Virus record (IMG/VR): IMGVR_UViG_2802429321_000001
Coordinates: 11,590 to 75,589 of that record
Direction: 5' to 3' (one strand)
Length of the DNA: 64,000 nucleotides
Source: a virus
Taxonomy: Duplodnaviria > Caudoviricetes
The position numbers and the translations under genes are program-made. Below the pieces are notes generated by a model, which was given only the letters and a program-made list of their open reading frames with translations, was not told where the DNA came from and did not search any database. Numbering within the stretch: position 1 is the stretch's first letter; every line of letters starts with the position of its first letter. This document shows positions 36,435-43,545 of the stretch, piece by piece.

Positions 36435-38384
36435 ATGGCGATCGATCTGCAGGCACGCCGCCAATTGGAGGCCCGCCTGGACCAGGGTGGTGCGTGGGTA
36501 TCGCGGCACCGGCACGCGGTGGGCCCGATGCTGGTCGCCCTGGGCGTGACTGGGATCGCTGCGGGCGCGTGGAGTTTGGCGGTGGGGCGCGGTTGGGGGT
36601 GGACGCAGTGGGCGGTGACCGCGGTCGCCGTGTTCGTGTGGATCCTGCACTTCTCGGCGGTCCATGAGCTGCCGAACCCGCGGGAGAAGCAGTACGCGCG
36701 GGCCGCGTTCACCGCGGCCTGTGCGTACGCGGCAGCCGTGGTGTGGTGGGGCCCTGTCCTGTGGCTGCTGGTCGTGGGCGGCGTGGTCACCGTGTGCCTG
36801 GGCATCCCGTGGTACGTGCACCGGCGGGTCCGGATCTCGGTGAGCGTGGAGAAGGAGATCGCCGCCTGGGGCGACGGGTCCGCGGTCGGGTTGCCGGGCG
36901 TGGAGCTGGTGCAGGCCGCGGCGAAGGCGGGCGCGGACTGGTGGTCGGCGCCGATGCGGGCGCGGGAGCGCGGCCAGTGGACGCGGAGCCAGATGCGGCA
37001 GGCCAAGGAGCGGATCGCCGCCCGCTACGGGGTGTCCGCGGAGCAGGTGCACATCACCGACCGGGATTCTGAGGGTGAGGCCCTGTTGACGGTGCACACC
37101 AGCCGGGCGGTGAAGACGCTGGAGCCGCTGCCGCTGCCGACCGAGCGGCGCCCGATCGAGGGTCCGCACGAGGTGTGCCGGTACCTGTCCGACAACAGTC
37201 CGGGCCACATCACCCTGTACGAGCCGGGCTATGGGGCTATCGATGGCGCCGGGATCGGGGTGAAGGGGTCCGGGAAGTCGTCGGAGGCGGAGCTGGTCGC
37301 TGAGATCGTGATCTCCTCCACGAACGCCCTGTTGTTCGCTGTCGACTTGAAGCCGGGCGCCCAACATTGGAAGGGCTGGGAGAACGCAACCGACATGTTC
37401 GCCCGCACCCCTGCCGAGCTGGATGTGATGCTGCAGGTGTTCGAAGTGATCTGTGAATATCGTGGTGTGCGCACCGAGGGAACCATCCACGTCCCTACCC
37501 CGACCGCCCCGCAGATCGTGTTGCTGATCGATGAGGCCGCGCTGGCGTTCTCCGACAAGGATGCGTTGACTGATTTTGATGAAGCGATGGATCGCCGGCA
37601 GGTGATCGCTAACCGGGTTGCGTTGATGGAGAAAAACACGCGCGTGTCTCGTTCATTCGGTGAATGCAAGTACATGTTCACCCAGGACGGCTACGTGGAT
37701 TCGTTCGGCAACGGGTTCATTTTCTCCGAGCTGAAGGCCGGGAACCTCGCGATCTTCCGGACCGCTGACCGGGGAGACACCGGTCAGATTCTCTCGGGAA
37801 TCGACGTGGACCCGTCCAGGTTCCCGAAGAACCAGCCTGGCACCGCGTACTGGAGTTCGTATTCCTCCGATCGTGACGAGGTGGTCCGGTTCCACAAGCG
37901 CACCGACAAGCAGATCGGGGAGTTGGTGTCCCGGTTCCCTGCGGGTGTCCCCGGGGCGCCGTCCCTGGAGCCGGGACTGCTGGACGCGATCCGGGCCCGG
38001 GTCGGGGACGCCTACGACCGTCGGTTCGAGGGACGGTCCCCTGTCCCCGGTCGTTCGGCTGTCCCCGCGTCCCCGACTGGTGTCCCCGCGGTTGTCCCCT
38101 CCGGTGTCCCCGCCGTGTCCCCAGAGGGGGGACTGCCGGACTTCGCCGCAGCGAATGCCGCGGCCGGTGTTCCCGAGGGGCCAGACCGGTTGTCCCCGGA
38201 GGAGTCCCGGGCCCGGGTCCTGGAGGCGCTGCGCGAGTTGGGGCCGGACGCGACGACGAAGGCGATCGCGGAGCGGGTTGGTCGGTCGGTGACGTTGACG
38301 CGGGCCCGGCTGAACGAGCTCGCAGCCGAGGGGTTGGCGACGTCGAAGGGCAAGCGTGAGCCGCGATGGACCGCGACGCAGTAA
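36435..38384 (+). CDS. traB: TraB/TraSA-like FtsK/SpoIIIE DNA translocase
   Basis: N-terminal TM helices, Walker A GVKGSGKS, VDLKPG, Walker B VLLIDEA, C-terminal winged helix. Confidence 0.85.
   Translation: MAIDLQARRQLEARLDQGGAWVSRHRHAVGPMLVALGVTGIAAGAWSLAVGRGWGWTQWAVTAVAVFVWILHFSAVHELPNPREKQYARAAFTAACAYAAAVVWWGPVLWLLVVGGVVTVCLGIPWYVHRRVRISVSVEKEIAAWGDGSAVGLPGVELVQAAAKAGADWWSAPMRARERGQWTRSQMRQAKERIAARYGVSAEQVHITDRDSEGEALLTVHTSRAVKTLEPLPLPTERRPIEGPHEVCRYLSDNSPGHITLYEPGYGAIDGAGIGVKGSGKSSEAELVAEIVISSTNALLFAVDLKPGAQHWKGWENATDMFARTPAELDVMLQVFEVICEYRGVRTEGTIHVPTPTAPQIVLLIDEAALAFSDKDALTDFDEAMDRRQVIANRVALMEKNTRVSRSFGECKYMFTQDGYVDSFGNGFIFSELKAGNLAIFRTADRGDTGQILSGIDVDPSRFPKNQPGTAYWSSYSSDRDEVVRFHKRTDKQIGELVSRFPAGVPGAPSLEPGLLDAIRARVGDAYDRRFEGRSPVPGRSAVPASPTGVPAVVPSGVPAVSPEGGLPDFAAANAAAGVPEGPDRLSPEESRARVLEALRELGPDATTKAIAERVGRSVTLTRARLNELAAEGLATSKGKREPRWTATQ
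37940..38200. repeat. Cluster of about 12 GTCCCC/GGGGAC hexamers (mostly GTCCCC on +)
   Basis: Counted by eye; falls in more than one codon phase. Confidence 0.8.
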
Positions 38385-38441
38385 GCCCGCTGGCGGCTCC
38401 CAGTGATGCGCCAGCAGCCTGGGAGCCGTCGTGTTGTGAAG

Positions 38442-38590
38442 CGCTTATAGGCGTGTCGAGCCGCTGATAGCGCTGGTTGAGCCGCTTATACGCGCCTGTT
38501 GTTGTCGTCCACGCGCGCACGCGCGCGCCTGCGCGTTGGGGGGCGTTTGGGCTTGAGTGCCGCTTATACGCGCCTGAGGCGCTGATAGCG
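38442..38590 (+). repeat. Five CGCT(T/G)ATA repeats in traB downstream intergenic region
   Basis: At 38442, 38462, 38483, 38561, 38580; GCCGCTTATACGCGCCTG twice. Confidence 0.75.
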
Positions 38591-38654
38591 GCTCGAACGT
38601 ACCTGTCCGAGGGTGTGCACGCCCGTGGGGTGTGCGTGGAGCGTTGGAGGCGTG

Positions 38655-39422
38655 ATGCTGGGTCGGACGCATGCAGTGTCCGGATGGTGCGCCGGGTTGG
38701 TGGTGGCGCCAGCGGTCGGTGTGCACGGGCTGGGGTCGGTGCTGCTGTTCGCCACAGTGACCGCCGGCTGGGCTCTAGCACCGGACCTGGACCACCCAGG
38801 CAGCGTGGCGACCCGGTTCGCTGGCCCGGTCACCGGGATCCTGTCGCGGGGACTGCGGGGACTGTCCGCCCGCCTGTACGCGGGGACGAAGGGGCCGCGG
38901 GACGAGGACTGGGAGGGGACACACCGGCACCTGACCCACACCCTGCTGTTCGCGGTGCTCGTGGGGGCGGGGACAGCGGTGGGGACTGCGGTGTCCCCGT
39001 GGTGGGGAGTCCTTGTCCCCGTCGCGGTGGGGACACTGCTGGCCGCGCGGGCACTCGGGGACTGGGTGCTGGTGGCGGGGACTGTCCCCGTGGCGTGGGG
39101 ACTGGTGGCGGGAGGGGACAGCGTCCTGGAGGTGTTGTCCCCGGTGCGTGGGTGGATTGGGATCGCGGTTGGCTTGGGTTGTCTGGCTCACTCTTGTGGC
39201 GATGCGCTCACATTGAGTGGCTGCCCGATCTTGTTTCCGATCCCGATTCGTGGTGAGACCTGGTTTGAGCTCGGGCCGCCGCGGGTGATGCGTTTCCGGA
39301 CGGGCGGGACACTGGAACAGTTGGTGGTGTTCCCGGCGTTCGCCGCCGCGGGAGTGATGCTGGTTCCGGGGGTGTGGCCACTGGTCGCGTCAACTATCGG
39401 TCATGTGCTGGGAGTGAGGTAG
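38655..39422 (+). CDS. Membrane metal-dependent hydrolase (YdjM-like)
   Basis: MLGRTHA, ALAPDLDH, HRHLTHTLL, LAHSCGDALT. Confidence 0.85.
   Translation: MLGRTHAVSGWCAGLVVAPAVGVHGLGSVLLFATVTAGWALAPDLDHPGSVATRFAGPVTGILSRGLRGLSARLYAGTKGPRDEDWEGTHRHLTHTLLFAVLVGAGTAVGTAVSPWWGVLVPVAVGTLLAARALGDWVLVAGTVPVAWGLVAGGDSVLEVLSPVRGWIGIAVGLGCLAHSCGDALTLSGCPILFPIPIRGETWFELGPPRVMRFRTGGTLEQLVVFPAFAAAGVMLVPGVWPLVASTIGHVLGVR
38845..39145. repeat. Cluster of about 15 GGGGAC/GTCCCC hexamers (mostly GGGGAC on +)
   Basis: Counted by eye; occurs in all three codon phases. Confidence 0.8.
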
Positions 39423-39424
39423 TC

Positions 39425-39916
39425 GTGGCGGTTGCCGTGGATGCACTGTCGGACGCGGAGTGGTTCGTGTTGAATGCTGCGGTGCATGAGGCTGGTCACC
39501 TTGTGGCGTGTATCGCCCAGGGGCTGCCTGTCGTGTTCGCGCGGGTGGAACGTTACGGGACGAGCGCGAATGCGGTGCGGGGTTTGGTCCGGGTGGATGA
39601 CGCGTTTTTGGATTCTGATCCGTTGGGGGCGGTAGTGGTTGGGGTTGCCGGGGTTGCTGCTGAGGTTGCGTGGTTGTGTCGAGAGAACTCGATGGGCCGG
39701 TCTGCTGCCCGTCGCTATGTGGGTGGTGCGGGGTGTGAGGCTGATTTGCGTCTGGTTCGAAAGTATTTGCCTCGCGCTGGTGTTGGTGAGTCGGTGGCGA
39801 GGGAGTTGGCTGAGCGGGTGGTGCGGGAGCGGTGGGGGGCGGTGCTGCGGTTGGGTGAGGCGCTGGCCGCTCGGGGGTGGCTGGATGGTGGACGGGTAGC
39901 CGCGTTGGTGCGGTGA
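39425..39916 (+). CDS. Stand-alone HExxH Zn-peptidase (M41-like domain), paralog 3
   Basis: AVHEAGH...VAGVAAE...GCEADL. Confidence 0.7.
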   Translation: MAVAVDALSDAEWFVLNAAVHEAGHLVACIAQGLPVVFARVERYGTSANAVRGLVRVDDAFLDSDPLGAVVVGVAGVAAEVAWLCRENSMGRSAARRYVGGAGCEADLRLVRKYLPRAGVGESVARELAERVVRERWGAVLRLGEALAARGWLDGGRVAALVR

Positions 39917-39923
39917 GGTGGCG

Positions 39924-39959
39924 GGCCCCCGTTTCGGCGGGGGCTTCGCTGTGTCTGGG
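39924..39959 (+). terminator. Intrinsic terminator, copy 1 of a duplicated 36-bp element
   Basis: GCCCCCG-TTTCGG-CGGGGGC then TTCGCTGTGTCT. Confidence 0.7.
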
Positions 39960-39977
39960 TTGTGGTTCACCCAGTAC

Positions 39978-40012
39978 TAGACATGTTCAACATGCTCAGC
40001 TAATCTACTCAT
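39978..40012 (+). promoter_or_regulatory. Leaderless promoter with palindromic operator
   Basis: TAGACA-17-TAATCT, 6 nt before GTG; CATGTT-C-AACATG in the spacer. Confidence 0.7.
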
Positions 40013-40357
40013 GTGAAGACGTTGGATCCGAACAGCCCCAAGCCACCATCGCAGCAGATCGCCGACGCAATCCGCGAAGCCATCCGGGGTGGCGAACTCA
40101 AGCCCGGCGACAGGCTTCCCGGACGCGCCGAACTCATGACCCACTTCGGTGTCGCCGCCGCGACCCTGAACTCCGCACTCGCCACGTTGAAGCAGGGCGG
40201 CATCCTGGTATCCCGCCAGGGATCCGGTGTGTTCGTCCGCACCGACATCGACAACCAGCACGACACCGAACCGACTGTCGACCATCTGGCGTCGATCAAC
40301 GCCCGCCTGGCCCGAATCGAACGCCACCTCGGCATCGACACCGCCGCGGAGCAGTGA
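40013..40357 (+). CDS. GntR-family regulator (KorA/TraR-like)
   Basis: QIADAIREAIRGGELKPGDRLP...FGVAAATLNSALATL...SRQGSGVFV. Confidence 0.9.
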   Translation: MKTLDPNSPKPPSQQIADAIREAIRGGELKPGDRLPGRAELMTHFGVAAATLNSALATLKQGGILVSRQGSGVFVRTDIDNQHDTEPTVDHLASINARLARIERHLGIDTAAEQ

Positions 40358-40404
40358 GCGGCACGACAGATCGATTGGCCATGAGCAGCAAGGAGGACAA
40401 CGAC

Positions 40405-40590
40405 ATGAGTGATTGGCACTGGCATGAGGCGTTACGAGGCTCTTTCGAGCAGTTTTTGGAGGCTGGGCATGACGAGGAGGAGGCGAAGCGACTGGCCCAG
40501 TGGGACACCCGCCACTGGTGGTCGGACTCGGACAGTCACGCGCTTGATCGCCTGCACCCCTGGTTGCCGCCGCATCTGCGGGACAAGTAG
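40405..40590 (+). CDS. Small Trp/His-rich protein
   Basis: RBS AAGGAGG; MSDWHWHEALRGSF... Confidence 0.6.
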   Translation: MSDWHWHEALRGSFEQFLEAGHDEEEAKRLAQWDTRHWWSDSDSHALDRLHPWLPPHLRDK

Positions 40591-40630
40591 GGGCCCAACA
40601 CCTCGGCATCGACACCACCAAGGAGGAGCA

Positions 40631-40870
40631 GTGAGCATGTTGCGCATCCCACCGAAGGCCCTGGGGGCAGGCTGGCACGAGTTCAGGTATCCGCGTCCTG
40701 CCGTGGACGAGCCGACTGATGCGTTCAAGCGAGGCGTGGAGGCTGCGGGCGCTGTCCTGCTGGCCGAGCGCATGGACCTGGTGGAGCGGGTCCTGGTGGA
40801 GCGGCTGGGCCGTTCCACAGCGGACGAGTTGATGGGCGCGATCGACATCGCACTGGAGGAGGAGCAGTGA
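40631..40870 (+). CDS. Small hypothetical protein
   Basis: RBS AGGAGGAG. Confidence 0.6.
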   Translation: MSMLRIPPKALGAGWHEFRYPRPAVDEPTDAFKRGVEAAGAVLLAERMDLVERVLVERLGRSTADELMGAIDIALEEEQ

Positions 40871-40995
40871 GCACGAGCGAGTGCATGAGCAGGGGTAGTC
40901 GGTGTTGGGATCTCGCCGACCACCTGTGTGACGACGGGCAGTACCGGTGCGGTGAGCACTGCATGTGCGGCGAGACTGAGGAGGTGACAGGGTGA
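40867..40995 (+). CDS. 42-aa Cys/His-rich protein
   Basis: Manual translation MSTSECMSRGSRCWDLADHLCDDGQYRCGEHCMCGETEEVTG. Confidence 0.55.
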   Translation: MSTSECMSRGSRCWDLADHLCDDGQYRCGEHCMCGETEEVTG

Positions 40996-41327
40996 CCGAC
41001 GATGACCTCGTGTTCGTGATCGGCTTGCTGCGGGGCGCGGTCGAGGGTGATCCGCGACAGTACTTCGGGTCCATCCGGTCCTGGGACCGGCATCAAGCGA
41101 ACGCGATCCAGTGTGGGGTGGTGGAGGTCGCCGAGGCCGTAGAGGAGGTGGATGGTCGGCCGATGGTGGTGCTGTCAGAGGTGCCGACCGAGTACGGCAA
41201 GGAGTTTTACGTCCGCCACGATCTGGGTGGTCTGCCACCGGGTCGGGCGTACATGTGGCCGCCGGAGAGGTTGTCTACCGCGATCGCGGAACTGGCCGCC
41301 ACCGAGGGGTGCGGGAAGGTGATGTGA
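40992..41327 (+). CDS. Hypothetical protein
   Basis: Overlap-coupled. Confidence 0.6.
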   Translation: MTDDDLVFVIGLLRGAVEGDPRQYFGSIRSWDRHQANAIQCGVVEVAEAVEEVDGRPMVVLSEVPTEYGKEFYVRHDLGGLPPGRAYMWPPERLSTAIAELAATEGCGKVM

Positions 41328-41431
41328 TGGCAGGACGTGCGGATCGAGACCGGATTGACCGGGGTATCCGGAATGCGATCCTCGCCGCAGACTGGGACAA
41401 GGTGATCAGTCTGGCTGAGGAGGAGCAGTGA
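41327..41431 (+). CDS. 34-aa hypothetical protein
   Basis: TGATG overlap; MAGRADRDRIDRGIRNAILAADWDKVISLAEEEQ. Confidence 0.5.
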   Translation: MAGRADRDRIDRGIRNAILAADWDKVISLAEEEQ

Positions 41432-42174
41432 GCAAGGCCGAACGGGACTGGAACGGGCTTAACCTGCGGCAGCAGGTGTATCTCCGCGCCATCTACCGCG
41501 CCGAGATGGTGCACGAACGCCGAGAGCTCGACCGCGCCCACACCGACCGCCGAATGTTCCCGCAGCACAGGCCCCGCGACGAGTGGGCGTGGCTCGTGTT
41601 CGCGATGTCCGCCCAGGCCGACTACCACCAGGCGATGATTCACAACGAGGTCAAGGCAGCCGGGGAACTTGACCAGGGCGCCGGAAGCACCCTCAAGGCC
41701 CTCGCCGACCGCGGCCTGATCGAAGTAGAGGGCGGCCACGGCCGAGGGCGCCGTGGCACCGTGGTGGAACAGATACTGGTCAAGCTCACCACCGCCGGAC
41801 GCGCCGCTGCCCGCGTCGACAACCCGGCCCGGGTGAAACCACCCAAGGGGCTGCTCTCCGAGTGGCTGTGGGAAAAGCTCGCCGCCATCGCCGTGGCCGA
41901 GCCGGACGGCCTGGATGTGGACAAGGCGGGTGGCTGGACCTGGCCCCATCACCTCGGCCCTGAGCGCAAGGGTCTCATCGAGGTGCGGACCCACGTGGAG
42001 CAGGCGCCGCCTGGGCACTGGCTCTGGAAGGCCATCGAGGAGGGCCGGATGCCCCCGGAGTCGGTGATGTTCAAGAGGCGCCGCTGGCACCTCACCGCAG
42101 CCGGGCGCGAGCACATCGTGCAGCACCTCAACACGTACCGCGCAATTTTTCCAGACGTGATCGTCAGCGAGTAG
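41428..42174 (+). CDS. Tandem winged-helix-like protein of actinomycete mobile elements
   Basis: LNLRQQVYLRAIY, GAGSTLKALADRGLI...LTTAGRAAAR, WHLTAAGREH. Confidence 0.65.
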   Translation: MSKAERDWNGLNLRQQVYLRAIYRAEMVHERRELDRAHTDRRMFPQHRPRDEWAWLVFAMSAQADYHQAMIHNEVKAAGELDQGAGSTLKALADRGLIEVEGGHGRGRRGTVVEQILVKLTTAGRAAARVDNPARVKPPKGLLSEWLWEKLAAIAVAEPDGLDVDKAGGWTWPHHLGPERKGLIEVRTHVEQAPPGHWLWKAIEEGRMPPESVMFKRRRWHLTAAGREHIVQHLNTYRAIFPDVIVSE

Positions 42175-42189
42175 CAGCACGGACCGCGT

Positions 42190-42225
42190 GGCCCCCGTTT
42201 CGGCGGGGGCTTCGTCGTGTCTGGG
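42190..42225. terminator. Terminator copy 2, between convergent genes
   Basis: 34/36 identical to 39924-39959. Confidence 0.7.
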
Positions 42226-42226
42226 G

Positions 42227-42490
42227 TTAGGCGTCTGCCCAGCGGATGTCGGGTGCGAAGTTGTTCTCGAACGCCTCTGGGCCTCGCGGCTCGCCGGTGC
42301 CGTGCTGGGTAATGAGCTCGGTGGCGATTTCCCAGATGCTGCCCGGCGGGGTGACGACGCCCGCGGCGACGGCGGGCTGGAGGTTGTCCAGTTGGATGCG
42401 GGCGAGGTCGAGGATGAGGGGCCACTCGGACTTGGGGACCCCATGCTGGTCGGCGGCCTGGATCCACTGCTGCTCGGTCATGGGGGCCAT
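42227..42490 (-). CDS. Small hypothetical protein
   Basis: Start re-called (MAPMTEQQW...). Confidence 0.5.
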   Translation of the reverse strand: MAPMTEQQWIQAADQHGVPKSEWPLILDLARIQLDNLQPAVAAGVVTPPGSIWEIATELITQHGTGEPRGPEAFENNFAPDIRWADA

Positions 42491-42560
42491 CCTCACTCGG
42501 GAGATGCAGTGATCGCCATGGGGTCTGATCCAACACACGCTGGGGCCGTGTCGAGCGAAT

Positions 42561-42607
42561 GCAGGGAGGGGGTTGCTTTTAAAGCAGGGAGGGGGTTTAC
42601 TTACCTC
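42561..42607 (+). promoter_or_regulatory. Candidate promoter/operator of the ORF-HTH-repeat operon
   Basis: GCAGGGAGGGGGTT twice (42561, 42584); palindrome TGCTTT-T-AAAGCA; TTGCTT -35-like; weak -10. Confidence 0.5.
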
Positions 42608-42880
42608 ATGACGACGACCACCACCGCCCGCCGCATCTGCCGCAGCGTCAACCACCACGCCGCCGCCAGCCACACCCGCAACGCCTCCCTCGGCGGCATC
42701 GAGGTCTACTTCGACGCCATCGGCCACGAGGTCACCTGGACCGAATCCGGCCACGTCATCCCCGACAGCGGCCTGCCCTTCGAGTACACCTACCGCTGGA
42801 CCGTGCGCCCCGATCACCGCACCACCGCCGCTACCGTCCAGGACGAGCTCGGCCGCTACACCGTCGGCGTGATCGCGTGA
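42608..42880 (+). CDS. 90-aa hypothetical protein (candidate Acr)
   Basis: ATG after promoter; codon usage strongly C-ending; coupled to HTH gene. Confidence 0.65.
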   Translation: MTTTTTARRICRSVNHHAAASHTRNASLGGIEVYFDAIGHEVTWTESGHVIPDSGLPFEYTYRWTVRPDHRTTAATVQDELGRYTVGVIA

Positions 42881-43395
42881 CCCACATCGAGGACTATCTG
42901 CACCTCAACCGCAAGGCCCTAGATGAACTCCCGCCAGCCGAGCGGATCGCGGTCCTCGCGGACCTAGCCCAGCGAGCGAACAAGTGGCTGGCTGACGCGC
43001 GCTCGGAAGAGATCGACAGGCTGAGGTCGGAACTCGGCGGCGACCAGGCTGTCGCTGAGGCGCTCGGCATCTCCCGGCAGACCCTGGCTGATCTCGGCGA
43101 CGGACCAGCGGTCCAACTCGGCAACGGCGCATGGGCGCGTCCCCGCCTGCTCAAGCGGGGATGCGAGCTGCTGCTGAACTACCTGCCGCCAAGCTCCCAG
43201 CCCCGGGACGTGTTCCAGGCCCTGGAGATCCTCAGTCGCCGTGGACGCCCAGACCCGAAGCAGCTGCAAGCCGCCGCGCATCGTCTGGCCCGGTCAGCGA
43301 GGCTTTCGCCGACGTTGGGGAACGAGATGCCCCAGGACGAGATGCGGGTTCTGGTGCGGGCTTTGACCCACGCGGCGGAGATCAGCAGTCAGTAG
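42877..43395 (+). CDS. HTH protein (Aca-like position)
   Basis: GGDQAVAEALGISRQTLADL. Confidence 0.7.
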   Translation: MTHIEDYLHLNRKALDELPPAERIAVLADLAQRANKWLADARSEEIDRLRSELGGDQAVAEALGISRQTLADLGDGPAVQLGNGAWARPRLLKRGCELLLNYLPPSSQPRDVFQALEILSRRGRPDPKQLQAAAHRLARSARLSPTLGNEMPQDEMRVLVRALTHAAEISSQ

Positions 43396-43405
43396 TACGC
43401 TCGCG

Positions 43406-43538
43406 CCGTTCTCCCCGCACGGGGAGGTGGGTCGGTTCCATTGAGTCGAAACCGAAGCTAGTTCTCCACGTCGGTGGAGGTGGGTCGTACAGTGTGCTAC
43501 CACGATCCGGAGTTCTCCACACTGGTGGAGGTCGAGTC
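43406..43538 (+). CRISPR. Type I-E-like mini-array: three 29-nt repeats, 24- and 22-nt spacers, no cas genes in window
   Basis: NNGTT-CTCC(C/A)C-N4-G(G/T)GGAG-GTGGGTCG at 43406, 43459 and 43510 (third handle degenerate); same 5+6+4+6+8 geometry as type I-E repeats. Confidence 0.72.
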
Positions 43539-43545
43539 ATAGCAG

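Noticed and set aside
38477-39256. 259-aa plus-strand ORF spanning the CGCTTATA repeats
   Set aside because: Overlaps the hydrolase out of frame, G/R-rich, no motif; treated as non-coding.
32393-43395. Island as an autonomous AICE or inserted plasmid
   Set aside because: No RepSA/Rep, excisionase, integrase or flanking att repeat recognised; kept as a phage-borne module, though not excluded.
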